From Escherichia coli (GTDB lineage Bacteria; Pseudomonadota; Gammaproteobacteria; Enterobacterales; Enterobacteriaceae): DNA of 64,000 bases. Positions 31,520 to 41,559 of the stretch are shown here, one piece after another (position 1 is the stretch's first letter; the number at the start of each line of letters is the position of its first letter). The translations under genes and the position numbers were made by a program. The notes below the pieces were generated by a model that was not told the DNA's origin, made no database searches, and saw nothing but the letters and a program-made list of their open reading frames with translations. The stretch is from NCBI RefSeq assembly GCF_013315695.1, contig NZ_CP054355.1; one strand, written 5' to 3'.

Positions 31520-31768
31520 TTAGCTAAAAGCACTCTTCTGCTTTATCAGTTCGGCAATCATCTCAGCCTGGGTAACGCCCTCAGCTTCACACATCACCTG
31601 CAATTGCGCTTTTAACGCAGCAGGAATGAACACTCTGAGTTCTTTATGTGTAGCTCGTTTTCTTGCCAGGGATGCCTGCTGACGTTCTGCAAGCGTCAGA
31701 GGATTACCTTTTCTGTATGCTCGCTTTGTACCTGATGAGGAAGTCACTGCATTTTCTGTCTGCGACAT
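31520..31768 (-). CDS. repA2: IncFII copy-number repressor RepA2/CopB
   Basis: 82-aa basic protein immediately upstream of the copA/repA1 region. Confidence 0.75.
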   Translation of the reverse strand: MSQTENAVTSSSGTKRAYRKGNPLTLAERQQASLARKRATHKELRVFIPAALKAQLQVMCEAEGVTQAEMIAELIKQKSAFS

Positions 31769-31934
31769 CTCGCCTCCTCAATACTCAAACAGGGATCGTT
31801 TCGCAGAGGATACTACAGTTTTTTGAAATCAGCGACTTGAGAATTGTGACGAAGATCTGTGTTGGCGCACAAATCAACGGGGATTACTGTCGTTTAATGT
31901 GATTTAAACTGTGAAATAGTATGGTTTTCAGTTA

Positions 31935-32015
31935 TGGAAACGCCGGGAGCGGGGAAAACTTGCTTTTTCCCGTTTCCGGGGTTGGACAACTGAGCAACGC
32001 GAAGGCGTCAGCTAC
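31935..32015. repeat. ~80-bp repeated element, copy 1 (upstream of repA2)
   Basis: ggaaacgccgggag...ccggggttggacaacTgagcaacgcgaAggcgtcagc; second copy at 44645-44745. Confidence 0.55.
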
Positions 32016-32598
32016 GATGTTCCGGGGACTGCTGATCAGCCCCTGTTGTATTCAGCCATTCTCCGGTCATCTGCAGCAGTTTTCTGGCATCGTGGCTTCT
32101 GAGCAACGGAATACCAGCCTGCCTCAGAACCTCTTCCAGAAGAATATCCCGGCGTCTGCGTTCCGGTCGTAAATGGCTGGCATCATCCAGCTCTACTGCT
32201 GCAACAATACTGAACGAACGCCGCTCAACGATAACCACATCAACATGCCACTGAGACACCATCCTGAATAACTGCCACCACTGGCGTGATCGTGGCCGGA
32301 TATTCCCGTTCAGCTGGACGATATCCGCGACCCGTACCTGCGGACACAGATACCACCGCTTCATATCCACAATTCTGAACAGTCCTTTCATAAAACTGAC
32401 TTCCCTTTCTGTCAGCAGCGTCTTCTGACGTTGCCAGTATTCACCGCCGGACAGTATTCGCTCTGCATCACCGGTCCGTATACCTGCCGCATGCAACTGC
32501 ATCAGCAAAGGAGAATGCTGATTTACACTTCTGAGGATAATCCGGATAAGTAACGCTGCAATAATCAGAACAATGAGAATAAAAATAATCAGCTTCAT
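32008..32598 (-). CDS. membrane-anchored protein (DUF2726/NERD-like), unknown function
   Basis: 196 aa, N-terminal TM helix; domain assignment from memory only. Confidence 0.4.
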   Translation of the reverse strand: MKLIIFILIVLIIAALLIRIILRSVNQHSPLLMQLHAAGIRTGDAERILSGGEYWQRQKTLLTEREVSFMKGLFRIVDMKRWYLCPQVRVADIVQLNGNIRPRSRQWWQLFRMVSQWHVDVVIVERRSFSIVAAVELDDASHLRPERRRRDILLEEVLRQAGIPLLRSHDARKLLQMTGEWLNTTGADQQSPEHRS

Positions 32599-32635
32599 TG
32601 TTTATCTGCTCCTGGTAATTAATTATTCTGAATTA

Positions 32636-32845
32636 TTACCTTACATATTTCCATATCTCTTTTGGTATCCTGTCATATAACTTTCCGGTGATTAATTCCG
32701 CTAACCGGTGGTCTGCTGCTGAATTAAATGATTCACGTTCACTGGTTGATAAACTGTCTCTGTTTTTATGAATAATTTTTTCCAGCGTATTGACTGATGA
32801 ACATCGCCGTAACTGATACAGCCATTCCTGTTTTGTTTTTGCCAT
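32636..32845 (-). CDS. hha: Hha/YmoA-family modulator
   Basis: ..YQLRRCSSVNTLEKIIHKNRDSLS...FNSAADHRLAELITGKLYDRIPKEIWKYVR aligns with Hha. Confidence 0.7.
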   Translation of the reverse strand: MAKTKQEWLYQLRRCSSVNTLEKIIHKNRDSLSTSERESFNSAADHRLAELITGKLYDRIPKEIWKYVR

Positions 32846-32890
32846 TTTTATTCCCGCTGAGAACAGATGAATGATAAGATTGCCAGCGCT

Positions 32891-33352
32891 TTATTTACGG
32901 TGTCTCCATATCCAGGGGGGAACCGGATCAGCATCTGACCAGAGCCCACGTTTTTGTTGTCTGGCTTCGTTCTGAAAGACAGGCAGCACGGGATCTGTGT
33001 TGTACTGCTCATATACCCAGGCAGCCCCGGCCCGGACCATAAACTGATTAACATTCATTCCGTCTGGTGCATAAACCTGCCCGAGAATACGGCCATAACG
33101 ATCTCGCTGAAAATATGTGACGGTAACCGTTTTTCCTGCAACCAGTGATTTCATCATGTCCGTTGACCACCGGCCATAATCCTGTTTCTTTTCCGGTGCA
33201 TCAATATTTACCAGCCTGATCCGCACCGCCTTCCGTGAGTCCATGACCTCGATGGTATCACCGTCCAGTACACGAACAACCCGTCCATGAATATCTGCAG
33301 ACAATACCGGCCATGAAAAGATAAATAATACCAGTGGAATATATTTCATCAT
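32891..33352 (-). CDS. secreted thermonuclease-family (SNase-like) nuclease
   Basis: Signal peptide then ..LVNIDAPE.. and ..YGRxL.. staphylococcal-nuclease-like motifs. Confidence 0.6.
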   Translation of the reverse strand: MMKYIPLVLFIFSWPVLSADIHGRVVRVLDGDTIEVMDSRKAVRIRLVNIDAPEKKQDYGRWSTDMMKSLVAGKTVTVTYFQRDRYGRILGQVYAPDGMNVNQFMVRAGAAWVYEQYNTDPVLPVFQNEARQQKRGLWSDADPVPPWIWRHRK

Positions 33353-33596
33353 GTTATTCTCCATATCAGATAAATGGCACCTGTATTTCAGGCATCCTGA
33401 ACATTGCAGCACACAATGAATAACACCTTGTTTTGTGAAATAAATCACAAAATATAAAATCTCGACTTAATACGGAAAAAACTCTGTGCTACTCAGAACT
33501 GTACGGTCATACTGCCCGACCGGATATTAAAAAAAGCAAATCTCATGCATTATTCAGCCTTCTGAATCCCTGGAGTAATGAAGGCTGCTTTTTTCG

Positions 33597-33818
33597 TTAC
33601 ACCCTTCCCCGGCTGCGCCGGTGGCAGTGTTCAGCCCTTTTTCGGGCAAACTGCTGCCAGTCTGTCCGGGGCGCAACACCGGCAGCCCGTCGCCATGCTT
33701 CTGCCGCTTCCATCCAGCGTCCACTGACCTCCAGAATAACGGCCCGGCTTCCGGCACGCTGCCAGCGCCAGACCTGACCGTTCCGTGAACTGTTTCTGAA
33801 TCCATTCATCTTTATCAC
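33597..33818 (-). CDS. small Arg/Trp-rich hypothetical protein
   Basis: 73-aa ORF; weak support. Confidence 0.2.
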   Translation of the reverse strand: MIKMNGFRNSSRNGQVWRWQRAGSRAVILEVSGRWMEAAEAWRRAAGVAPRTDWQQFARKRAEHCHRRSRGRV

Positions 33819-33911
33819 TCCTCTTTAACCCGTCAGTATTATGGTGTTAAATAATCTACTGAATTGGCTTCCTTTCGGGTACGGAAGTTATTTCCTTTTA
33901 AGCCTTATTTC

Positions 33912-33942
33912 CCTGCCTCCTCTCTGATGGAGGCTTTTTTTT
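33912..33942 (+). terminator. Rho-independent terminator (plus strand) abutting the finO 3' end
   Basis: gcctcctctctgatggaggc hairpin followed by T8. Confidence 0.55.
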
Positions 33943-34501
33943 ATTTCTCATCAAGCACGGCCTGAAGTTCTGCCTTTATCCGGTTCTGGCGGCGGATTTT
34001 ATCCAGACGCGCTGCCGCATACGCTTCCTCCTCCTGAGAAATATGCTCCGTCACATACCCTTCCGTGTCATACCGGCAGGCACCGGCTTTCATGGCACAC
34101 AGATAGCTTTCTGAACGGGTGATGGCCTTCAGCGCCCTGCGCAGTTTTTTATGCGAGAGCGGGATATTCCGCTGCGCCACGTCTTCCAGTAACACGTCCC
34201 GGATACCGCAGGCCAGAAGTCGGGGTGTGTCACCGTCAAATAATCCCGGCCACCAGGGTTTCAGGGTGTTCACGGCCTCATCCAGCGAGGGCAGGTTCAG
34301 ATAAATGGACAGCGCCTGTCTGGCCTGCGCTTTTTTTGCTGTCAGCTCTGCTTCCCGGGCAGCCTTCTCCGCCAGTTTCTGCTTTTTCACCTTCCATTTT
34401 GGTGGCGTGGTGACATTGATGATGGTTTTCCGGCTCCGGGTCGGTGTTTCCCCTTCCGTTTTCCGTTTCAGTGTCAGTACCGGTCGTTTCTGCTCTGTCA
34501 T
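33941..34501 (-). CDS. finO: fertility inhibition protein FinO (intact)
   Basis: 186 aa, [25 protein letters not shown]... Confidence 0.85.
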   Translation of the reverse strand: MTEQKRPVLTLKRKTEGETPTRSRKTIINVTTPPKWKVKKQKLAEKAAREAELTAKKAQARQALSIYLNLPSLDEAVNTLKPWWPGLFDGDTPRLLACGIRDVLLEDVAQRNIPLSHKKLRRALKAITRSESYLCAMKAGACRYDTEGYVTEHISQEEEAYAAARLDKIRRQNRIKAELQAVLDEK

Positions 34502-34603
34502 GATTGCCCTGACCTTTGTGAAAATATGTCCTCCAGGTCGTTGAAACTACTCACTATGATATTAAGCTGACCTCAACGACCTCTGACATATTAATACCGA
34601 CAA

Positions 34604-35464
34604 TTAAAGATGTTTTTTAAACCATTGCGTCTGTACTGCCGCCACACGTTCAAAAAACGCGCCTTCATAAATATCATAATGGCATGCGTCAGCTTCCTCG
34701 TATAATTCCTTAGTACCAGAAGCAACAGCATCATATAAGGCTTTTCCCTGTTCTGGTGGATTAACACTATCCTGGCCGGCAATAACAATCAAAACTGGGC
34801 ACTGTACTTTGGCTGCGCTCTCTGCCGGTTTATATTGCAACGTCTCCATAACCGTAAGGAAAGGTATTTTTATATCCATTTCAGGATACTGACCTTTTAC
34901 CTTCTCGAAGAATACCTTTGATTCATTATCACTCAGTACCCGGGTAACCCCCACAAACATCTCTTTCCCGGTGTTTTTCTTCTTCTCTGCCATTTTATTC
35001 AGCGTGGACAGAAAAGACGCTCTCTCCGATTCATTCATCTCTCCGGTAACCAGAACATCACCGTCAGCAAAAGCCAGCTGGCTGACAATACATTTTACGC
35101 GTTGGTCCTGCGCAGCTGCACTGAAGACATGCCCCCCTCCCAGCGATGTTCCCCATAACCCAATACGCTGATTATCAATACATTCCTGCTTTTCTGCCCA
35201 ATTGATAACTGAAATAATATCTTCGGTCTGCATTGCAGGAACCAGACGCCCTCGTTCTCCATCACTCTCACCGAATCCTCGATAATCAAAAGTAATCGTT
35301 GCGAATCCTGCTTCTGTAAAGGCATTCGCAAAGCAAGGGAGCAGAACATTCCTGATACCGCAAAACCCATGGCATAAGATAATCAAAGGATGTTTTATAT
35401 TTCCTTCAGGAACACGAAATGTCAGGGCAATACCTTCAGAGAGTTTGTGATCCGTAATTTTCAT
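34604..35464 (-). CDS. alpha/beta-hydrolase fold protein
   Basis: GxSxG nucleophile elbow (GTSLGG), HG oxyanion motif; between traX and finO. Confidence 0.6.
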   Translation of the reverse strand: MKITDHKLSEGIALTFRVPEGNIKHPLIILCHGFCGIRNVLLPCFANAFTEAGFATITFDYRGFGESDGERGRLVPAMQTEDIISVINWAEKQECIDNQRIGLWGTSLGGGHVFSAAAQDQRVKCIVSQLAFADGDVLVTGEMNESERASFLSTLNKMAEKKKNTGKEMFVGVTRVLSDNESKVFFEKVKGQYPEMDIKIPFLTVMETLQYKPAESAAKVQCPVLIVIAGQDSVNPPEQGKALYDAVASGTKELYEEADACHYDIYEGAFFERVAAVQTQWFKKHL

Positions 35465-35522
35465 AAATATCCTGTGTTATGTTGTTTATTAATAATCAGA
35501 ATCAGCGTCAGTATCATACCAG

Positions 35523-36269
35523 TCACAACGCCAGAACGCCCAGCACAGCCAGATGACAGGCGTAGAATACCGGGAAAAAATCCCCGGGCCAGAAACGGGG
35601 TAATGATTTTCCTGCACACGACACCAGACCAACGGTCAGCACCGTCATTACAAGACCGGCCACCGCCGCTGCATCACTGGAGGCAAGGTTAAGTGCCGGA
35701 ATAACGGCCAGCAGGCATGCAAGCAGCGCCAGACGTTCCGCTCTGTCTTCCGCCCGGTACAGTCGGTAACTGACCGCCAGCATCAGCAGCCCGGCAATGC
35801 CGTAACTGGTGCCGGACAAAGGCCCCCACAGGGCCATCAGAAGAATGGCCGCTGCTGTACGCCACCCACTGCGCGTTTCACACCACGTCAGCACCTGTGC
35901 CGCCACTGCAAAGGCAAACAGGATATTCCCCTCATACCAGGGAAAGCCGGCCAGATAATATGCGAACTGGGCAATAATTCCCCATCCCCACAGCCGGTTA
36001 ATGGCCGGTTGCCGGATATGCGCATGACGGGACAGATTCAGCCCCCACACCAGGGCAAACAGCGGAAAGGCTCCTCGCCCGGCCAGAAACATCCATTCCT
36101 GCTTCAGCTGGAATATCAGATTGATGTGGTCCAGTACCATCAGCACCAGCGCCACCGTTTTGATGATATCCCGCTGTCCGGGTGACCAGACCAGAAACGA
36201 CTGCAACCAGGTATCGGTCCGTGCAGCCAGTGAATCGTTACGTGTCGTGTTCGTGTTATCCGTTGTCAT
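35523..36269 (-). CDS. traX: F-pilin acetylase TraX
   Basis: 248 aa from MTTDNTNTTRNDSLAARTDTWLQ...; the longer listed ORF is an upstream extension overlapping traI. Confidence 0.8.
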   Translation of the reverse strand: MTTDNTNTTRNDSLAARTDTWLQSFLVWSPGQRDIIKTVALVLMVLDHINLIFQLKQEWMFLAGRGAFPLFALVWGLNLSRHAHIRQPAINRLWGWGIIAQFAYYLAGFPWYEGNILFAFAVAAQVLTWCETRSGWRTAAAILLMALWGPLSGTSYGIAGLLMLAVSYRLYRAEDRAERLALLACLLAVIPALNLASSDAAAVAGLVMTVLTVGLVSCAGKSLPRFWPGDFFPVFYACHLAVLGVLAL

Positions 36270-36288
36270 CAGTGTTTGTCTTCCTGTA

Positions 36289-39200
36289 TCAGTCTCCGCC
36301 CAGGGTTTTCTCTTTCTGCAGGTCACGAACCATATCCCGCTCCATCTGCTGCAGACGCTCCTGCAGCAGATTTTCCCGGGCAACCTCCCGGACCGCTTCC
36401 CGCTCCCGTTGTGATTCACGCAGCACACTCTCCGGCAGTGCGGTTTCCCGTTCAGATATGGCAGACCGGTCACGCTCCTGTCCGGCAATATCCCTGACAG
36501 CCAGCTCTGTTTTGCCATCCGGCAGGTCAGGTTTGTTCTCTGCCATTTTCCTGACAATTTCATCTGCGCGGCGTTCCGTTTCACGGCGGATGGCCTCTTC
36601 AGCCTGCCGCTGTGCCAGTACCTCTGCCGTGACCGGTTCGCCATTTCCGGCCCCCGGCTGGACGCTGTTATCCGGGATATCCCCCCACACGCGGCCACCG
36701 GTGATGGCACCGGGATTCCACGGACGACCTTCACCGGCAATTCTCACCACCACACCGCTGTCAGGATTATCACGGGCAATCCGGACGCCATCCTGCATAT
36801 TATCAGCCAGCAGGCTCTCTCCGTTACGGCTGCCCTGCAGGGCCACGAACTGCGCATCCCCGCTGCCTTTCACCCGTCCTTCACCACTGAATCCCCGCAG
36901 CCCGTTTCCGTCATCCGTGGTCAGTGGGTTCAGCCAGATACCAGCTGACTTGCCGTTACGGTCAAACGCCGGCAGTGCCACATACGGCTGCGGATATTTA
37001 CGTCCCGGTGCAATAAACCGTGCAGGGCTGTCTCCCCCGGCCAGCCCTGCCTGACGGAGAACGGCACGGCCTGCCGCCACGTCCCGCAGTTCCCGTGCCG
37101 TACTGAACAGCCGCTGCGCATTCATGACCTCCCGGTCCGGTTTCGGCTCCAGCACATCGTGGGCAGTTCCTTTCTGTACGGCATTGTTAATGGCATCCGT
37201 CCAGCCCTGACGGTTATCGGTGTACACCTGCACATGCTGCTTCATACGCGACAGGGCCACGTAGGCTGACTCAAAGCCGGCCATCAGTTTCCGGTTACCT
37301 TCCGTGCCTTCAAGCGCGATGGCAAAGGTTTCACTCGCCCCCTGCGCACCGTGGGCGGTGATGGCATAAGCCAGGTCAATATGTTGCTCTGCCCGCTCCT
37401 GGCCGGGGCGAATCACCCGGGTCTGCTGTCCGTCTGACAGCGTGACACTGTCACCGGAAACCGCTGTCACCGTCCAGACGCTGTTGGCCACATAACCGCG
37501 CTCCCGGTCACTCTTCGTGAAGCGCATCCGGTCGCCGGTCCCCACCCGGATTTTGTCCGGGGTGTACAGTGTGACACCTTCAGCCACCGCCTCCCGGGGC
37601 GAAATCAGCCGCGTGTTACCTTCCGCATCCTCCAGGGTTATCAGCCCGTCATCCTTGCTGATACCGGCAATCCGGTGATACACACTATCCACCAGGGCAA
37701 GGGCATCCGGGTTATTCTCCCAGGTGGAGAGACGACGCAGCTCCCCGTCACGTATATTCGCTGTGTTCAGGACAGGCACCATGACCTGCTCTTTCCCCAG
37801 CTCACCGGCCTTTTCCCGTGCATCATGAATCATGCTGTTCAGTACGCGCCGGTCCTCATTCAGGTGCGTGACAATCAGCGTCTGCTCCCGTGCTTCCGGT
37901 GTCCTGCCGGTATAGTCGCGGACAATGGCTTCATACAGTGTCATGGGGACATCCGGAAAAGTCTCACCTTTCAGCATCGCCTTCTGCTGCGCTTCTGCCA
38001 GTTTCGCTTCCTGGCTGTGACTGAACTCCGTCACGGAGTGCTCCGGTGCCCATGCGCCCTCCTGACGGGGAACCTGAGACGGTTTCACACTCTCAAGCCC
38101 GGACAGTGCCCTTTCCACATCCCGGTTAATCAGGCTGTATACCGCCTCCCGCAGTTCCGGCGTCTGACGCACAATCTCCTTCATGATGACCACATCGGCA
38201 GCACTGCGCGTCTGCTGGAGACGGAAAGGCTGACCGGGCGCGATGGCCTGCAGCTGGTCCGTGTCACCACTGGCCACGGCACGACCGCCACCGGCCGCAA
38301 TCAGGGCGTATGCCCGTGCCATGTCGGTATTGCCCACCATTGAGCTCTCATCGAGCAGGAACAGCGTGTTGCTGAAATCCGGCGTTTCTCCGCTGCGCTG
38401 CTGCAGCTGCGTGTCATGCAGAAAGGACGCCAGCGTCTGTGCATCCACGCCGGCGCTGCGCATCTCACCGACCGCACGGTGCGTGGGCCCCAGCCCCACA
38501 ACTCGGGGACGCTCACTCGCCGGCAGCATGTTCACGGCTGACATCACCGCCCGGAACTGTGTGGTCTTACCCACACCGGCATAACCCTGTACCACCGTGA
38601 AACGGTCGGACGTTTCCAGTATCATACGGGTGGCGGCACGCTGTCCCGACGTTAACGTCTCCATGAGTTCGCCGGGTACTCTCTCCATCAGCGGCGTGAC
38701 CGCCTCCTTACCTTCGAGAATATGGCGAAGAATACTTTTTTCTGCCTCATACGACGCACGGGAAACCAGCAGGCCTGTGCCATAGCCTTTTGCCACATCC
38801 ACATACAGTAAGTCACCGCGTTTTATCTGCGCATTGATTTCCCCTCCCAGTTCAGTAAAACCGGTTCCTTCTGCAGCAAACGACTTCGCCTCTGTCAGCA
38901 GGTCCACCATGCTGAAGGCCAGGTTTTTACTTTCCAGCACAGGAAGGGCCAGATGAATGGCCTGCTGTGCCGGCGTGTGCAGCCCGGTTTTCTGCAGACT
39001 GATAGCGGTTTCCAGCGATGTCTCACCGGCCCGCGCCTTTATCTGCTCAGAAACCACCGTAAAGGAGGGATGGCGGGCAAGTTTTTCCGCAGTACGGGTT
39101 TCATCCAGTGAGGAATACAGCCGGACATCACGACCGCTGCGGGCCAGACCGTTCAGGGTGGCGTTGTCCATTGCCATCTGTGTGACGGAGGCAAACACCG

Positions 39201-41559
39201 TCGCACTGTCACTGACGGAATGCCCGGGCGTTTCCACCCAGCCGTTCTCCAGCTTCAGTGCCGTGAACGGTGAATCAGCCACAGGCAGGGTGGCCGGTTC
39301 AGCCCGCCCCGGCACAACAACCGTCATCGCATCTTCACTGACGGATGCCACCTGCAGGCGGTCACCGCCGGAGACGCGGAGTCCGGGAATTTTCCCTGTC
39401 ACCCTCAGTCGCTCGCCGTCTGCCACCGGCATTTTTTCCGGCCGGAACAGCGACCAGCTGCTGTCCAGGGAGGAAATACGCACCACCTGCGTTTCGCCCT
39501 GCGCATCCCGCAGGGTCAGGCTGTGACTCTGCGCCGTCACCCGGTCGATAACATAGCGGTCATGACTGCGTGTCTCCGGGTTCCACTGCTCCATCACCAT
39601 CCCCGGTCGGTACATATCCCGCAGATAACGGCTCCGGCTGTCCAGCCAGACCGGTGACAGGGCGGTCATGGTCACCTCCGGGTGTCCGAGCACGCCCTGT
39701 GTTTTCAGCTCACTGCGAATGGCCTGTGTCAGTATGGCCTGTTCCCGTACCCCGCTGACCTGTGCCACGCTCTCTTCTCCGGCTTTCACGCTGGCCGCAA
39801 AATCTCCGGCCAGCCGGTCATAGCGGACATTCCGGTCCGGTTCACTGATGATGGTTGCCGGTCGCTGTTCTCCGCCCTGCCAGCGATACGTGTTCACCCC
39901 GGTATCCTTCATGGCCATCAGCGCACTGCCTGTACCGGTTCGCTGCCCGCTGTCGGTTATCAGGACCTGTACGTTATGACGTGCGGCACCGTCCAGCAGG
40001 GTTAACGTCTCTTTCAGGGAGAGTTTTTCGCCCTGGTCGACGATAACAGTACTGCCCGGCGTGAAGACCATGCCCTCCTGCAGCTGACGACGTCCGGTTA
40101 TCAGCTCACCGGACAGCCGTTCATCCTGCTTCAGGTTCATCTGCGAGCGACGGTCAGCAGCGATAATCTGCACCTCCCGCCCCTGCTCCCGGGCCATCAT
40201 GACCAGTTCAGCCACCCGCTCACGCTGCCCGGCTGCACCGCCCTGCCCGGACACAATGGCCAGCGACGGACGGTCCTGTGCCAGAACACTGACCGCATCG
40301 CTGTAACCAGCCGTCCGGGGGACACTTTTCTCCGGATGTACGGTCACCCGGTTCTGTTTCATGATGTCACGACTGAGTGCCCGGACGGACAGCTCATCGA
40401 GCACATGAATTCCTGATGTGAACAGCCCCTTCTCACGGTCGAGGGGGATAAGCTGCTCACGGCTGATGGCCTCATCGATACCGGCGCGTGCCCGTTCAAT
40501 CACACCATTTTCCGGCGGCAGTATGCCGACCGTCCTGGCCAGCACGTCCGTATACGTGAACTGCACTTTTCGTTCACTTAATCCGGCAATCGCCTGTGTC
40601 ACCGCCTGCTGCACATCCGGCCCGTCCTGTGAAGCAGGCCCGGGCGCCTGCGTGCGGATCTCCGCACGCTGATCCGCCGCGTCACGATATGCCCGGATGT
40701 CGAACCCGGTTTCCTTCAGCGTCTGCATCCATTCAGCCATTCTGATTTCCGGATCGACGTGCTGTTTGGATTTACGCGTATCCAGTGCCGCCACATCCCG
40801 GGATTTCAGCGAGGCGTCTTCCCCGACGGCCTCCCGGATAGCCTGTGAGCGTCCGGAAAAGGCCTCCACCGGTACGCCCGGCATCTCCCACATACCGTGC
40901 TTACCCACCACTTCGGTTTCATAGCCCAGCGCCTCAACCTGCTCTTTCAGTTTTTCCCGGTAGAGCCTGCCAAAGGCAATCTGATTAGCGTACACATTCT
41001 CAATGAACCCCGTTTTCCCCACTTTGTCACTGCTCAGTGTCTTCCACTCACCGTTATGCTGCGTGACATTAGCCACCACCGCATGCGTGTGTAACTGTGG
41101 TTCCTGATCGCGACTGGTGTCGTGGTTAAACAGTGCCATCACCAGATTACCGGTCAGCACCGTTTCTGACTGTCCGTCCGTCATCACCCGTGTGGAGGCC
41201 AGCGCCTCCACCTGACGAACAGCAAAGTCCACGGCCTGGTTATGTGCATCAATCAGGCGCTTATCGCCACCTAACATGGCCATCATGGAGACACTTTTGG
41301 GGGCGGAGAAGGTCAGGTCGTAGCCGGGACGATGCTTATTACTGCCATCCTGCATGCGGCTTAGATCCGCTCCGTCCGGCAGCCTTCCCTCCAGAAGACG
41401 GGTAAAAACATCCTTATCGACACTGCCCTGCAGTCCCAGCTGTTCAGCCCCCCTGCCGGCCCAGCGTTCTCCCATGCTGCCCAGTACATAGTAATTATCC
41501 TTGTCGGTATAATAGTTACCGGCACTTCCGGCCGATCTGACCTGCGCGATACTCATCAT
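36289..41559 (-). CDS. traI: relaxase/helicase TraI
   Basis: 1756 aa, N-terminal relaxase and helicase Walker motifs. Confidence 0.9.
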   Translation of the reverse strand: MMSIAQVRSAGSAGNYYTDKDNYYVLGSMGERWAGRGAEQLGLQGSVDKDVFTRLLEGRLPDGADLSRMQDGSNKHRPGYDLTFSAPKSVSMMAMLGGDKRLIDAHNQAVDFAVRQVEALASTRVMTDGQSETVLTGNLVMALFNHDTSRDQEPQLHTHAVVANVTQHNGEWKTLSSDKVGKTGFIENVYANQIAFGRLYREKLKEQVEALGYETEVVGKHGMWEMPGVPVEAFSGRSQAIREAVGEDASLKSRDVAALDTRKSKQHVDPEIRMAEWMQTLKETGFDIRAYRDAADQRAEIRTQAPGPASQDGPDVQQAVTQAIAGLSERKVQFTYTDVLARTVGILPPENGVIERARAGIDEAISREQLIPLDREKGLFTSGIHVLDELSVRALSRDIMKQNRVTVHPEKSVPRTAGYSDAVSVLAQDRPSLAIVSGQGGAAGQRERVAELVMMAREQGREVQIIAADRRSQMNLKQDERLSGELITGRRQLQEGMVFTPGSTVIVDQGEKLSLKETLTLLDGAARHNVQVLITDSGQRTGTGSALMAMKDTGVNTYRWQGGEQRPATIISEPDRNVRYDRLAGDFAASVKAGEESVAQVSGVREQAILTQAIRSELKTQGVLGHPEVTMTALSPVWLDSRSRYLRDMYRPGMVMEQWNPETRSHDRYVIDRVTAQSHSLTLRDAQGETQVVRISSLDSSWSLFRPEKMPVADGERLRVTGKIPGLRVSGGDRLQVASVSEDAMTVVVPGRAEPATLPVADSPFTALKLENGWVETPGHSVSDSATVFASVTQMAMDNATLNGLARSGRDVRLYSSLDETRTAEKLARHPSFTVVSEQIKARAGETSLETAISLQKTGLHTPAQQAIHLALPVLESKNLAFSMVDLLTEAKSFAAEGTGFTELGGEINAQIKRGDLLYVDVAKGYGTGLLVSRASYEAEKSILRHILEGKEAVTPLMERVPGELMETLTSGQRAATRMILETSDRFTVVQGYAGVGKTTQFRAVMSAVNMLPASERPRVVGLGPTHRAVGEMRSAGVDAQTLASFLHDTQLQQRSGETPDFSNTLFLLDESSMVGNTDMARAYALIAAGGGRAVASGDTDQLQAIAPGQPFRLQQTRSAADVVIMKEIVRQTPELREAVYSLINRDVERALSGLESVKPSQVPRQEGAWAPEHSVTEFSHSQEAKLAEAQQKAMLKGETFPDVPMTLYEAIVRDYTGRTPEAREQTLIVTHLNEDRRVLNSMIHDAREKAGELGKEQVMVPVLNTANIRDGELRRLSTWENNPDALALVDSVYHRIAGISKDDGLITLEDAEGNTRLISPREAVAEGVTLYTPDKIRVGTGDRMRFTKSDRERGYVANSVWTVTAVSGDSVTLSDGQQTRVIRPGQERAEQHIDLAYAITAHGAQGASETFAIALEGTEGNRKLMAGFESAYVALSRMKQHVQVYTDNRQGWTDAINNAVQKGTAHDVLEPKPDREVMNAQRLFSTARELRDVAAGRAVLRQAGLAGGDSPARFIAPGRKYPQPYVALPAFDRNGKSAGIWLNPLTTDDGNGLRGFSGEGRVKGSGDAQFVALQGSRNGESLLADNMQDGVRIARDNPDSGVVVRIAGEGRPWNPGAITGGRVWGDIPDNSVQPGAGNGEPVTAEVLAQRQAEEAIRRETERRADEIVRKMAENKPDLPDGKTELAVRDIAGQERDRSAISERETALPESVLRESQREREAVREVARENLLQERLQQMERDMVRDLQKEKTLGGD

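Noticed and set aside
35523-36740. 405-aa version of the traX ORF
   Set aside because: N-terminal 157 residues come from an alternative frame overlapping the traI 3' end; the TraX start is the internal MTTDNT at 36269
37675-40046. Several 100-220-aa plus-strand ORFs
   Set aside because: All antisense to traI; Arg/Pro/Ser-rich shadow frames
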